NCBI GenBank assembly: GCA_039811685.1
Contig: JBDHZC010000001.1
Location: forward strand, 544,001 to 608,000
Source: Armatimonadota bacterium
GTDB lineage: Bacteria; Armatimonadota; UBA5829; DSUL01
DNA length: 64,000 nt
Reading direction: 5' to 3'
Shown here: piece after piece, positions 50,632-61,283 of the stretch
Position numbering within the stretch: the first letter of the stretch is position 1
Layout of the letters: each line of letters opens with the position of its first letter
Translations under genes and position numbers: made by a program
The notes under the pieces: model-generated
The model's input: only the letters and a program-made list of their open reading frames with translations
What the model was told of the DNA's origin: nothing
Database searches by the model: none

Positions 50632-53600
50632 ATGACCTCACCAGATCCAGACAACTTCACACTTGGGAATATCGATCTGTTCAAGGCGGCGGAATCCGCG
50701 CCGGAAGCCGTCGTAGCCAGGGGCAAGATCTACTACCGCAAAAGACTCGCTCGTATTGAGGACTACGACGGTCAGGAGGCGACCGCGCTTGTCCAGGGGA
50801 CTCAGGCGGAGCCTTATGTCGTGAAGATCGCGCTGGATCAGCACAGCAGAGGCAAGAGCGTACTCGTTAGCTGCACGTGTCCTCACGCGCAAAACTCCCC
50901 TGGACAGTTCTGCAAGCACCACATCGCAGGACTGCTGGAGCTTGCCCATTTTCTTCGTACACAGCCTGGAAGGACTGACTGGCGCACAACGCTCAACACA
51001 GCACTTGCGCAGCGTCCACCTCGGCTCAAGGACACGTTCCACCGGCTGGTCTTCGTTTTGAATGGTTACCCCGGAGTCTGGGACGTGGAAGCTCAGTCAA
51101 TTGATTTGCGCGCTTTGGGCGTGGACAGCGATGCCACTGCCGGACAAGTCAGGGAGGTTATATGCGGCACACAGGGAGTGTCGCTTGCGCCGGTTGCTTC
51201 AGCATCCACCGGCGCTTCGATGGCCAGAAACCCTGAGGAAGCCACCGCAGTAAGGCTGATTGCAGACAGGCGCAGATCGCAGCACGACGCCACAACCGTA
51301 CTACCCACCGTCTTGCCGCTACTGAAGGAGTCAGTCGTCACACTGCGCCCCAACGGGAGCGACAAACTGGAAGTGGTTACAGTTCTTGAACAAACTGGGC
51401 GGCCGGAGTTGGAGCTGCTTACGGACGACGGCGCCTACCTTCTGCGTCCACAGATTCGGCTCAATGACGGGGTCGTCAATGTTGGAGAAGGTGAAGCGGC
51501 GCTGATCTGTAATCGCCCTGCGTGGGTGTTTGCACAGGGGCAACTGCTTCAGGTCGAGGATAGCTCAGGACTGCTGAGCTGGCTTGTCAGCGCCGTTCCC
51601 ATGAGAATACCGGAAAACGACTTGCCGGAGTTGATGTCCAGCTTCGTTATGCCGCTATCCGTGCGTCTGCCTGTGGTAAGCGACTTGCTGGAAGTGCGTG
51701 AAGAGATAGACGAAAACCCAACACCGCGCCTGTACCTGCTGGAGGCAGACGGCGAACTCGTGATCCATCTTCGATTTGGCTACGGCGCGGCGGAAGCGGT
51801 TTTCTCCAGCGACTATCCCGAGACAACCCACTGGTACGACGCGGGTCGCCGTGGCCTGGTGAAGATCCTGCGCAAACCCGAAACCGAAGTCCTCTGGCAC
51901 ACTGCCGCACTCGAACACGGCCTGAAGAAGGGCAAAGAGCGCAACACTCTACAGCTTCGGCAATCCATAACTCCAGCCGAGTTCCTGTTACTCAAATCGC
52001 CCAAGTTGCTGGGACTGGGATTCGAGATATTCGGGGAAGAATCGCTAAAGTCTGTCAGAGTCAACCGAAGCGCTCCAAGAATCAGCCTGGGCATCAGTTC
52101 GGGGATAGACTGGTTTGATGTTCGAGCAGAGGTGGTTTTTGGCGACACTTCTGCGACACTGAGAGATTTGCGCAGAGCGATTCGCAAAGGGCAGAGCTAC
52201 ATCAAACTGGCCGATGGCAGTATGGGGCACATTCCTGACGACTGGCTGAGGCGCTACCGGCGTATCCTCGTGCTGGCAGAGGAGACCGAACACGGCCTGC
52301 GTCTCACCCGGACACAGGCAGCACTGCTGGAAGGGATTATCGAGGAGAGCGACCAGACGACGCTCGACGAGGAGTTCATTCGCAATCGGAAAGAGCTCGT
52401 CAGACTTCAGGCGCTGGAAGCCCAGCCATTGCCGAGCGGGCTGCGCGTAGAGCTTCGTCCGTATCAGAGACACGGTTACGACTGGCTACGCTTTCTCTAC
52501 GATCATCGCTTTGGAGGCTGCCTGGCGGACGACATGGGAGTTGGGAAAACAGTGCAGGCGCTGGCGCTGCTTCAATGGTTGAAAGAGAACTCTTCCGAGC
52601 AGGGCGCCAGTCTGGTAGTTGCTCCAAAGTCGGTCATCGAGAACTGGCACCGTGAAGCGGCCCGCTTCGCACCGGATTTGAGCGTCCACATGCACACGGA
52701 GATGAACCGGACACGCGACGTGTCGCTGTTCGACGATTTTGACCTTATCATCACAACGTACGGGCTCATGCGTCGAGACATCGCGATGCTGGCGAAGTAC
52801 GCTTTCAAGGTCATCATTCTTGATGAGTCGCAAGCTATCAAGAACCCTGGCGCTGATACGGCCCGCGCAGCACGGAGTCTTCACGCTTCGTGCAGACTCG
52901 CCCTCACGGGGACCCCTGTGGAGAACAACACACTGGAGTTATGGTCACAGTTTGCGTTTCTGAATCCAGGAATGCTGGGATCAGTTGAGGCGTTTCGCAG
53001 CGAGTTTGCAAATCAGATAGAGAAAGGGGAGGACCAGCAGATCGTCGAGGAGCTTCGCGCGCTGGTTCAACCGTTTATCCTGCGAAGAACCAAGGAAGAG
53101 GTGGCGCCAGAGCTTCCTGAGCGCACAGAGTCCGTTGTCTATTGCGAGATGGAGGCTCCCCAACGCAAGCTCTACGACCAGACTAAAGCCAGCTACAGAG
53201 CGCAGCTTCTGGGACTCATCCAGCAACAGGGCATAGACAAGAGTCGAATGCGCATACTGGAGGGCCTGCTCCGGCTCAGACAGATCTGCAACCACCCTCA
53301 ACTCGTGGACAAGGAGTACGATGGGCCGTCTACTAAGATGGAAGCCCTCATGGAGATTCTCTCAACAGTAACATCTGAAGGGCATAAGGCCCTGGTGTTT
53401 TCCCAGTTCACCAGGATGCTGTCAGTTGTAAAGCGCGAGCTGGACAGACGGCGGACACCCTATGCGTATCTGGATGGCCGGACAAAGAACAGACAGGAAG
53501 TGGTCGATCAGTTCCAGGAGGACCCCTCTGTGCCGCTGTTCCTAATCAGTTTGAAGGCGGGTGGACTCGGACTGAACCTGACTGCAGCCGACTACGTCAT

Positions 53601-53835
53601 TCACATTGACCCGTGGTGGAATCCGGCAGTGGAGTCCCAGGCCAGCGACCGCACGCACCGCATCGGACAGACCAGGCCTGTATTTATCCAGAAGTTGATA
53701 GCCCAGGATTCAGTTGAGGAGAAGATGCTGGAGCTTCAGCAGCGCAAGCGCGAACTGGTGGAAAAACTGATTTCATCGGAGGCTTCCTTCTTCAAATCAC
53801 TCTCGGCTGACGACGTGTCAGAGCTGTTTGGCTAG
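50632..53835 (+). CDS. SWIM-zinc-finger SNF2-family helicase
   Basis: CTC...CKH SWIM motif; LADDMGVGKT, DESQ, TGTPVEN, SLKAGGLGLNL, DRTHRIGQ. Confidence 0.96.
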   Translation: MTSPDPDNFTLGNIDLFKAAESAPEAVVARGKIYYRKRLARIEDYDGQEATALVQGTQAEPYVVKIALDQHSRGKSVLVSCTCPHAQNSPGQFCKHHIAGLLELAHFLRTQPGRTDWRTTLNTALAQRPPRLKDTFHRLVFVLNGYPGVWDVEAQSIDLRALGVDSDATAGQVREVICGTQGVSLAPVASASTGASMARNPEEATAVRLIADRRRSQHDATTVLPTVLPLLKESVVTLRPNGSDKLEVVTVLEQTGRPELELLTDDGAYLLRPQIRLNDGVVNVGEGEAALICNRPAWVFAQGQLLQVEDSSGLLSWLVSAVPMRIPENDLPELMSSFVMPLSVRLPVVSDLLEVREEIDENPTPRLYLLEADGELVIHLRFGYGAAEAVFSSDYPETTHWYDAGRRGLVKILRKPETEVLWHTAALEHGLKKGKERNTLQLRQSITPAEFLLLKSPKLLGLGFEIFGEESLKSVRVNRSAPRISLGISSGIDWFDVRAEVVFGDTSATLRDLRRAIRKGQSYIKLADGSMGHIPDDWLRRYRRILVLAEETEHGLRLTRTQAALLEGIIEESDQTTLDEEFIRNRKELVRLQALEAQPLPSGLRVELRPYQRHGYDWLRFLYDHRFGGCLADDMGVGKTVQALALLQWLKENSSEQGASLVVAPKSVIENWHREAARFAPDLSVHMHTEMNRTRDVSLFDDFDLIITTYGLMRRDIAMLAKYAFKVIILDESQAIKNPGADTARAARSLHASCRLALTGTPVENNTLELWSQFAFLNPGMLGSVEAFRSEFANQIEKGEDQQIVEELRALVQPFILRRTKEEVAPELPERTESVVYCEMEAPQRKLYDQTKASYRAQLLGLIQQQGIDKSRMRILEGLLRLRQICNHPQLVDKEYDGPSTKMEALMEILSTVTSEGHKALVFSQFTRMLSVVKRELDRRRTPYAYLDGRTKNRQEVVDQFQEDPSVPLFLISLKAGGLGLNLTAADYVIHIDPWWNPAVESQASDRTHRIGQTRPVFIQKLIAQDSVEEKMLELQQRKRELVEKLISSEASFFKSLSADDVSELFG

Positions 53836-53993
53836 ACTCAGACAAACGAAAGTAGACCACAGGTGTCATTTACGCAACTCTGCCGCATCTTTGCAGGGCT
53901 GGTAATGGAAAAAGCCTTGCCGCATCGCCCAAGTGGGCCGTACTGATTGAGGAATATCCCGCGCCTGGAGAGTGGCGCTTCAACATCCAATAA

Positions 53994-54030
53994 CAAGCCG
54001 CCTCAGCATTCTGCCGAGGCGGCTTGGTTT
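53994..54030. terminator. Probable bidirectional terminator hairpin
   Basis: CAAGCCGCCTC...GAGGCGGCTTG between convergent genes. Confidence 0.7.
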
Positions 54031-54052
54031 AGCATGAGAGATATCTGAGAGA

Positions 54053-54760
54053 TCAGAGGAGCATGCGTCGCCGCAGGCCCAGCAAGCTCACCAATCCCGT
54101 GCCAAGCGCCAGCATACTGGCAGGTTCTGGAACTACGGGGGTGTATTCAACACGCAGGTTCTCCCAGATGAGTGTACTGTTGCCCGCAAACAACTTATCT
54201 TTGAAGTTGAAGTCCAGAAAGAGTATCAGGTTGCCACTCTCGTTACCAGTGTTCAGACTGGTCAGACTCGTGGTGACCGTCTGCCATGTTCCGTTCGCGG
54301 CTCCGTTGTTGCCCCACTCAAGCACCTGAACGGTTCGGTCGTAGCCCTGAAGAGTGATATTGCAGGAAAACTGCGTATCACTGCCCAGGTCGTTTCCGTA
54401 CACGTCCGCCTTCATCAAAACAGGCTTTGTCCAGTCGATGGGCTGAAAGGGTAGCGCAACATCATTGACCTTGAAGCCAGTCTTATAGATAGCGATTGTG
54501 CCGCTGGCGGGGTTTAGAGTTCCAGGGACGTCAATACGCCAGGCGCTGTCTGAGCCAGTGTGTGGGGCCAGGACGATACTTTTCTCCTGGGTGTCAAACG
54601 ATGGAGGGCCATAGCCAAAATAGGTCCACCCAGCAGGTATCGACCCAACAGGTCCTGCAACGTAAGTCCCATTGAAGTCTTCAATGTAGGCCGTCGTTGC
54701 CCCGGCCTGACACACGAGGACAGCCATAAGCGCTGCGCAAATAGCTGCAACTCTGTACAT
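54053..54760 (-). CDS. PEP-CTERM surface protein
   Basis: Signal peptide; C-terminus VPEPASMLALGTGLVSLLGLRRR. Confidence 0.93.
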   Translation of the reverse strand: MYRVAAICAALMAVLVCQAGATTAYIEDFNGTYVAGPVGSIPAGWTYFGYGPPSFDTQEKSIVLAPHTGSDSAWRIDVPGTLNPASGTIAIYKTGFKVNDVALPFQPIDWTKPVLMKADVYGNDLGSDTQFSCNITLQGYDRTVQVLEWGNNGAANGTWQTVTTSLTSLNTGNESGNLILFLDFNFKDKLFAGNSTLIWENLRVEYTPVVPEPASMLALGTGLVSLLGLRRRMLL

Positions 54761-55147
54761 CGTCATTTCTCCTTCCAAGAGGTCGCGCTATCCACCGGTG
54801 TGGCGTGCGCGACTCAAACTGCATCCATCTTGTGTGAATGCTTAGTTAAGTATCTCAACTCAGCGCTTAGCTGTCAACCGATTCCATCAAAATATCCGGT
54901 TTCATTTCTGAAAATGCCCGTCAAAGGGGATACTGGATGTGAGCCAGGCCGGGATCCTGTCACAAGCGAAACATAATGAGTCACGCTCAAGCGAGGCGCA
55001 CAGAGCAGAGGACGCACTCTGAATACGATCTGAATCGCTGACAACTGCACTAGTAGGTCCACCGAAGGGTGAGGCAGGTGACAGGTCGCGACAGTCCGTC
55101 TCGAAGACAGCGCACAGCGTTACGAGCTTCAGTTCCAACAATGCCGC

Positions 55148-55843
55148 CTACCCGACTAAGATCAGGCGTCCGAACCGCGCGGGAACGTGGTAGTCTGCAG
55201 GACTTTTGAGTGTGGGAGACCAGGCAAGGTACTGCTCGTGCGGTCTATGCTCTATGCGCAGAAAGTTTGCGCGCCACACATCGCCGTGCGCGGGCGTGTG
55301 TGCGTTATCGGAGAGATCCGCAAATCCGATTGAGAGACGGGCGCTCCAGCCCTCACACTGTGGAAGCTGTTGCGATTCTGACCGTGCGATACGGACTGCT
55401 GAGTCAAAGCTGCATGCGTCCCAGGCGACGTCCGCTGTCATATCCTTCCTGTCCCCTGTAGGGCTGACGATGCGTCCATCCCACTGAACGTTGAAAGGAC
55501 TCAGTTCAAACTCGCGATATATGGACGGAGGAGCCTCGCCGCTGCCAATGAACAACTCGACCACTTCCTGCTCATATATGGGATCATCGCGCCTTGTGTA
55601 GTCGCTCCAGACTTCACTGTCGACGCAGACAAACAGCAGGTGAAGAGCCTTTGACGTCCAGCACGCGCGCACTTCAGTTTGTGCAAGAGCTCCGGACCCA
55701 TCGACGGTATCCACGAGAAAAACACCTGCTATGCTGTCCCAGGGCGCGTCATTGACGCCTCCTTCGAGGGACGGGGCATGAGGGACTCGCACGACAGAAT
55801 ACGTCGGCACCGGCAGAGCGCCGTTATCAGTAGGTGCGCTCAT
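55148..55843 (-). CDS. Carbohydrate-binding family 9-like protein
   Basis: RDDPIYEQEVVELFI, YREFELSP.N, WRANFLR, WSPT...YHVPARFG. Confidence 0.85.
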   Translation of the reverse strand: MSAPTDNGALPVPTYSVVRVPHAPSLEGGVNDAPWDSIAGVFLVDTVDGSGALAQTEVRACWTSKALHLLFVCVDSEVWSDYTRRDDPIYEQEVVELFIGSGEAPPSIYREFELSPFNVQWDGRIVSPTGDRKDMTADVAWDACSFDSAVRIARSESQQLPQCEGWSARLSIGFADLSDNAHTPAHGDVWRANFLRIEHRPHEQYLAWSPTLKSPADYHVPARFGRLILVG

Positions 55844-55964
55844 GCAAGGCTCCTTTGTGGATGGAAATCAGCGGAGAATCAAAGTTGGATTCTATTGTTG
55901 CGGTGTAAGCTGATATGGTATACTCCTGTGGCAACGCGCTGATCTACTTCTGCGCGTCGGTGGT

Positions 55965-56038
55965 CGGGGCGTGGCTCAGCTTGGTAGAGCGCTCGTTTCG
56001 GGTGCGAGAGGTCGGGAGTTCAAATCTCCCCGCCCCGA
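55965..56038 (+). tRNA. tRNA-Pro (CGG), CCA not encoded
   Basis: CGGGGCG...CTCGT-TT-CGG-GT-GCGAG...TTCAAAT...CGCCCCG-A. Confidence 0.96.
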
Positions 56039-56107
56039 TCTTTGTTTCTTCTTCTCGCTACTGCGCTCTCCTCAAGCGGCGACGTCCAGTGTCCAATCAT
56101 TTAGGCT

Positions 56108-57334
56108 GTGAATACCCGACTTCCTCTTTTGCTTAGCCTGCTGCTGATTGCTGTCACCTTGAGCGCCTGGCGCAATGCCTGCGCAACGCCGCTCTCTGAT
56201 GCTCCTCAGCTCATTCGAGTTCTCATCACGCGCCTGTCCGCGTCCCAGCCCCTCACACTCTCAGGACCGGACCTCCAGTACAAGACAGTCTCCGGCGAGT
56301 GGAAAGCTCTGGGTTCTTCTGTTATTACCGTTCCCGCTTGCGCTACGCCGCTGACGCCCACGGAATCAGTGCTTCCAGCGGATGCGCTAAAGCCGATAGA
56401 GGTGCGATGTCCTGCCACGGCGATCACTGTGCAACAAAGCGAGAAGACTTTCACATATCGGGGAGAGCTGAGGGTGGATAGTGCGCGAAGTACAATCGTC
56501 AACACACTCAGTGTGGAGGACTATCTCCGCGGCGTCGTGCCTTCAGAGATGCCTGTGAGTTTTCCTCTGGAGGCTCTGAAAGCTCAGGCAGTGGCTGCTC
56601 GCAGCTATGCACTGGCAAGCTTGGGCAAACACAGGGACTCTGGGGCCGATGTGTGCGATGTAGACCAATGCCAGGCGTACAGAGGAGCGAGTGCGGAGAC
56701 TCAGAACACAGACTGCGCGGTTTTCGAAACGAAGGGAGAAGCGCTGGTTGTTGGAACGCGAGTCCTATCGGCTATGTACAGCGCAGACTGTGGGGGCTCC
56801 CTTGCAGGAATGGACCAACTCGGGCCCTCCAGCGTCCAACCTGACTGCAGCGAAGATGGGAAAGCCTACTGTCTTGAAAATCCTCGGCACGAATGGGAAG
56901 CTCGGTTCCCGGTCGCAGAGGTCCTGCGCGCTGCAAAGGAAACCAAAGCCGTCGAGCTGATGGCCATTGAAATAGCCAGCCGCGATGAATCCGGCCGGGC
57001 TGTGCAGCTTCGTCTCACGCATGACCAGGGCCAAACTGTCATTGACGCCAAGGTCTTGCGGCGCACACTAGGGTCATCGCGCATGAGAAGCCTGCTGTGC
57101 ACAGTTTCCCTGGACAGCAATGCCAGGGAAGTTGTCTTCAGTGGCCAAGGCTGGGGGCATGGAGCCGGCCTTTGTCAATGGGGAGCGCGGGGAATGGCAC
57201 TGTCCAGCTCAAAAAATAACTACCAGGCGATCCTCGCTCACTACTACCCTGGAGCAACCCTTCAAAAGCTAAAAAAGCTGGCTATGCGCCCACGGGACGC
57301 CGCAGCTAAGAAGTCTGTTCTGCGCGTTCCTTAA
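56108..57334 (+). CDS. SpoIID/LytB domain protein
   Basis: EDYLRGVVPSEMP, EALKAQAVAARSYA, GWGHGAGLCQWGA, ILAHYYPG. Confidence 0.95.
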   Translation: MNTRLPLLLSLLLIAVTLSAWRNACATPLSDAPQLIRVLITRLSASQPLTLSGPDLQYKTVSGEWKALGSSVITVPACATPLTPTESVLPADALKPIEVRCPATAITVQQSEKTFTYRGELRVDSARSTIVNTLSVEDYLRGVVPSEMPVSFPLEALKAQAVAARSYALASLGKHRDSGADVCDVDQCQAYRGASAETQNTDCAVFETKGEALVVGTRVLSAMYSADCGGSLAGMDQLGPSSVQPDCSEDGKAYCLENPRHEWEARFPVAEVLRAAKETKAVELMAIEIASRDESGRAVQLRLTHDQGQTVIDAKVLRRTLGSSRMRSLLCTVSLDSNAREVVFSGQGWGHGAGLCQWGARGMALSSSKNNYQAILAHYYPGATLQKLKKLAMRPRDAAAKKSVLRVP

Positions 57335-57758
57335 TGGCCGTAAGGACCTTTTCCGCGTTCTCCTGCATCTTCGCGGCGATGAGGTTTTTGATGAGTGGTC
57401 CGATCAGCGGAACGTCATACTGCCAGTCGATGACAGAGTCAAATCGCACTGCTCCATCCTGTTCAGCAAACGACCACACGCCGTCGTAGCGCGAGAGATC
57501 GCCCTTCAGCATCTTGAACGTGCACGTGTGAGCCTCCGGGTCCCACAGGTCCTCTTCGGTCCATTTAACGGTCATCTTGAACTCTTTGACCAGCCCCACC
57601 CACTCGGTAACCGTCCGCAGCCCGTCCTCGGAGCGCTCCAGCACCGCGAGACTCTTAAGGTCCGGCATAAACTGCGGAAAAGACTCAACATCTCGAGCTA
57701 TTTCCCACACGCGAGCAAGAGGAGCATTTACTGTAACAGAGGACTCAATACGTGGCAA
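57306..57758 (-). CDS. SRPBCC/polyketide cyclase family protein
   Basis: IESSVTVNAP...VW..ARDVESFPQFMP, G.W.F. Confidence 0.9.
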   Translation of the reverse strand: MPRIESSVTVNAPLARVWEIARDVESFPQFMPDLKSLAVLERSEDGLRTVTEWVGLVKEFKMTVKWTEEDLWDPEAHTCTFKMLKGDLSRYDGVWSFAEQDGAVRFDSVIDWQYDVPLIGPLIKNLIAAKMQENAEKVLTAIKERAEQTS

Positions 57759-57803
57759 TCAATTCTCCCGGACTCTCAACCAGCTTCTGCACGTCACAAC
57801 GCC

Positions 57804-58433
57804 CTAATTGACGCGCCTGAACAGTCCAACAACTTTTCCTACGACAGTCACATCCCGCGCGATAATTGGCTTGAGCCGCGAGTTCTCCGGCTGAAGCCGG
57901 ACGTGTCCATTCTCCCGGTAAAACCGTTTGACGGTGCCTTCTCCCTCCATCATGGCCACGACAATGTCGCCATTGTCGGCCGAAGGCTGCTCGCGAACGA
58001 CGACGTAGTCACCATCGTAGATTCCGGCCTCGACCATGCTGTCGCCGCTTACATGCAGCAGGAAGCCGCGACCTTCCGGCACCATATCGTTGGGAACTCC
58101 AAAGTAACCGTCAATATGCTCTTCCGCGAGAATGGGTTGACCGGCTGCAACGCGTCCAACTATCGGAACATTCACCAGACCCGCATCAACGGACGCTGTC
58201 TGCTCTCGTACGGACCGGATAGCCCGCGTGAGCATGCCTTCGCGCCTGATGAACCCACTTTTCTCCAGTTGCTTGAGGTGCGCATGCACGGTGGAGGGCG
58301 AGCTCAACTGCACACCTTCTCCAATCTCGCGCACTGTGGGCGGATAGCCAAATTTCTGCGTATGACGCTCTATGAACTCAAGTATCTGGCGTCGTCTGGG
58401 TGTCAGCGCATCTCCTGTCATCGTCTGTGCCAT
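57804..58433 (-). CDS. lexA: SOS repressor LexA
   Basis: PPTVREIG...SSPSTVHAHL, VAAG cleavage site, GDSM, TVKR. Confidence 0.97.
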   Translation of the reverse strand: MAQTMTGDALTPRRRQILEFIERHTQKFGYPPTVREIGEGVQLSSPSTVHAHLKQLEKSGFIRREGMLTRAIRSVREQTASVDAGLVNVPIVGRVAAGQPILAEEHIDGYFGVPNDMVPEGRGFLLHVSGDSMVEAGIYDGDYVVVREQPSADNGDIVVAMMEGEGTVKRFYRENGHVRLQPENSRLKPIIARDVTVVGKVVGLFRRVN

Positions 58434-58454
58434 CCTGATTGCTCCGGCGCGAAC

Positions 58455-60953
58455 CTAAGGTGTCTTTGCAGACTTTTTGGACTTCGCACTATCCGCAGGT
58501 TTCCCTGCGACTGCTTCGTCAGCCTCGACAGTGCTCGGAATTCGCTCCAGTGCGGCCAACTCGTCGCCTTCATCGAGATTCATAACTCGGACGCCCTGCG
58601 TACTGCGCCCGATGCTGCGAAGTTCTTTCACCTCAAACTTGATAATGATTCCCTGCCTCGTAATGAGCATGATCCGGTCGTCCACGTCGACAATTTGGGC
58701 GGCCACAATCTTGCCTGTCCGGTCAGTTATGTTCATGGTCCTCAGGCCAAGTCCGCCTCGGCTCTGCGGACGATAGTCCTCCAGAACGGTTCTCTTGCCC
58801 ATCCCCTTTTCTGTGGCCACCAGCAATTCGGCCTTTTTGCGGACAATTCCCATCCCGACAACAATGTCATCTGGGCGCAGCTTGATGCCCCGGACACCAC
58901 CCGCCGCACGCCCGCTCGCACGCACGTCGCGCTCAGAGAAGCGAATGCTCATCCCGTCCCGCGTCACCATCACAATCTCATCGCTGCCATGCGTCAGCTC
59001 GACCCACTTCAGATCGTCATCTTCTTCCAGATCAAAAGCGCGCAATCCGTTGGCGCGCAGATTCTGAAATGCGGCAAGTTCTATGCGCTTAATCTCGCCC
59101 AGCACAGTGGCCATGACGAAGTACCGCTCATCATCACTCTGCAATTCTCTGATTGACTGCGTGGCAGTAATATGCTCACCCGGCTCTATGTTGATGAGGT
59201 TGATGACCGGAGTCCCCATAGCCGTGCGGGAGGTCTGGGGGACTTCGTACGCTTTCAGCTTGTAGACGCGTCCCTTGTTGCTGAAGAAGAGGAGAAGATC
59301 GTGGGTCGTCGCCACGAATATCTTCTCAATCGTGTCCTCTTCCTTGGTGTTGGCGCCGATGATACCTCTGCCTCCGCGGCGCTGGCTGCGGTAGGTGTCA
59401 ATGGGCACGCGCTTTATATAGCCGTCGCGCGTAATTGTGATAATCGTCTCTTCTTCGGGGATAAGGTCCTCATCCCCGATCTCTTCAGCCTCCACCGGGA
59501 CAATGCGCGTGCGGCGGTCATCACCGTACTTATCGCGGATTGTGCGCAGCTCAGCCTTGATAACTCCCCGGACTTTTTCTGGAGAGACAAGCAGGTCTTC
59601 GTAGTAACCGATGCGCATCAGATGATCCCGGAAGTCCTTCTCAACTTCCTCGCGCTCCAGCGCAGTGAGCTGCCGCAGTTGCATAGTCAGAATGGCATCC
59701 GCCTGAAGCTGCGTAAGCTCAAACCTTTTCATCATCTCGCGCCGCGCTTCTTCCGTAGTGCGAGAAGCCCTGATCAGCGCGATAATCTCATCCAGGAACC
59801 GGATCGCGATGCGCAAGCCCTCCAGAAGATGAGCGCGGTCTCGAGCGCGCTTCAACTCCCAGATGCAGCGGCGAGTGACTACATCAATTCGGTGCTCGAT
59901 GTAGAACTCAAGGACTTGTTTCAGATTGAGCAGGCGAGGCTGGCGATCCACCAGCGCCAGCATAATGACACCGAAGTTGCTGCGAAGCGGAGTGTGCTTC
60001 AGCAGAAAGTTCAGAATCTTTCGCGGGTGAGCGTCGCGGCGCAGGTCAATGACGATTCTCATCCCGGTGCGATCGCTGTAATCGTTAATATCGGTGATGC
60101 CGTCGATCTTGCGGTTTTTCACCATGTCCGCGATCGTCTCTATAAGGTCTTTTTTTATGACCTGATAAGGGAGTTCTGTGATGACGATGGAGGCTTTGCC
60201 AGATTCCCCAGTCTCTATCGCCACGTCACCCTGCATCGTGATCTGCCCACGGCCGGTTTCGTAGGCCTTCCGGATTCCTTTGAGACCCAGCACCATACCC
60301 TTGGTAGGAAAGTCTGGTCCCTTGATGAAGGTCATCAGCTTTGCGATGTCGGCTTCCGGGTTGTCAATCAGATGAATGATGCCATTGAGCAGCTCAGTCA
60401 GATTGTGAGGTGGAATGTTGGTGGCCATTCCGACAGCGATGCCAGTCGTGCCATTCGCCAGCAGGTTGGGAAAGCCAGCAGGCAGAACCACGGGTTCCTG
60501 CTTGGTCTGATCGTAGTTGTCAATCCAATCGACCGTGTCTTTTTCAATGTCGGCCATCATCTCCATCGCAAGGGGCGACAGACGCGCTTCTGTGTAGCGC
60601 ATGGCCGCTGGAGGGTCTTTGTCGATAGAGCCGAAGTTGCCCTGTCCGTCAACAAGCGGATAGCGAAGGCTGAAGTCCTGCGCCATGCGCACCATCGTGG
60701 GATAGATGACTTCTGTGCCGTGCGGGTGATAGTTGCCCTGCGTTTCGCCGCAGACTTTTGCGGACTTAACGTGAGCGGAGTTGGGGCCGACGCCAAGCTG
60801 GCGCATTGCGTAGAGGATTCGTCTTTGGACGGGTTTCAGACCGTCTCTCACATCGGGGAGCGCTCTTGCGATGATGGTGCTCATCGCGTATTCGAGATAC
60901 GAGCGCTTCATCTCGTTCTCGATGTTGACCTCAAAGACTTCCCTGGCTATCAA
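58455..60953 (-). CDS. gyrA: DNA gyrase subunit A
   Basis: [23 protein letters not shown], GyrA-box QRRGGRG; TTG start. Confidence 0.97.
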   Translation of the reverse strand: MIAREVFEVNIENEMKRSYLEYAMSTIIARALPDVRDGLKPVQRRILYAMRQLGVGPNSAHVKSAKVCGETQGNYHPHGTEVIYPTMVRMAQDFSLRYPLVDGQGNFGSIDKDPPAAMRYTEARLSPLAMEMMADIEKDTVDWIDNYDQTKQEPVVLPAGFPNLLANGTTGIAVGMATNIPPHNLTELLNGIIHLIDNPEADIAKLMTFIKGPDFPTKGMVLGLKGIRKAYETGRGQITMQGDVAIETGESGKASIVITELPYQVIKKDLIETIADMVKNRKIDGITDINDYSDRTGMRIVIDLRRDAHPRKILNFLLKHTPLRSNFGVIMLALVDRQPRLLNLKQVLEFYIEHRIDVVTRRCIWELKRARDRAHLLEGLRIAIRFLDEIIALIRASRTTEEARREMMKRFELTQLQADAILTMQLRQLTALEREEVEKDFRDHLMRIGYYEDLLVSPEKVRGVIKAELRTIRDKYGDDRRTRIVPVEAEEIGDEDLIPEEETIITITRDGYIKRVPIDTYRSQRRGGRGIIGANTKEEDTIEKIFVATTHDLLLFFSNKGRVYKLKAYEVPQTSRTAMGTPVINLINIEPGEHITATQSIRELQSDDERYFVMATVLGEIKRIELAAFQNLRANGLRAFDLEEDDDLKWVELTHGSDEIVMVTRDGMSIRFSERDVRASGRAAGGVRGIKLRPDDIVVGMGIVRKKAELLVATEKGMGKRTVLEDYRPQSRGGLGLRTMNITDRTGKIVAAQIVDVDDRIMLITRQGIIIKFEVKELRSIGRSTQGVRVMNLDEGDELAALERIPSTVEADEAVAGKPADSAKSKKSAKTP

Positions 60954-61000
60954 TCTATAGATGCCTCTCTGTGTGCGCGTGCAGCGGCAGATCCATCGAC

Positions 61001-61052
61001 AAACATTTGTTCCTGCCTGTTGAGTATATCGGCTGCGGGTACCAAGCGTCAA
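61001..61052 (-). promoter_or_regulatory. gyrA-lexA promoter with a downstream SOS box
   Basis: TTGACG-N18-TATACT followed by GAAC-AAAT-GTTT (61001-61012). Confidence 0.7.
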
Positions 61053-61221
61053 GCGCCCGCCAAAGACCCCGAGCTCCTTAGACGCAGGCTACCAGAAAAC
61101 CTTCGCGTGTACGGTGGTCATTTCGGTCAGCGGAGCAGGCGGGAGCGCACAGGGCACAGGAGACGCCAGTTGACACGCGCGTCGCCTGGAGCGCGCCTGC
61201 TACATGCGGGCTGCTCCACGC

Positions 61222-61251
61222 AAAAAAGGGACGGCTCGCGAGCCGTCCCTT
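61222..61251 (-). terminator. Rho-independent terminator
   Basis: Palindrome AAGGGACGGCTCGCGAGCCGTCCCTT plus a T run on the minus strand, after the NlpC/P60 gene. Confidence 0.88.
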
Positions 61252-61283
61252 CTAATGAGTTGCCTTAAATCTCTACGTCTGGC

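Noticed and set aside
50632..53835. SNF2 helicase as an anti-phage defence gene
   Set aside because: Standard SWIM-SNF2 architecture among housekeeping genes (thyX, MBL hydrolase); no methylase, nuclease or other defence partners adjacent
57528..61268. Long plus-strand ORFs (542 aa and 698 aa)
   Set aside because: Antisense shadows of lexA/gyrA with non-protein-like composition; the same applies to many other antisense ORFs in the track (e.g. 484-1092, 5511-6635, 43717-44937)
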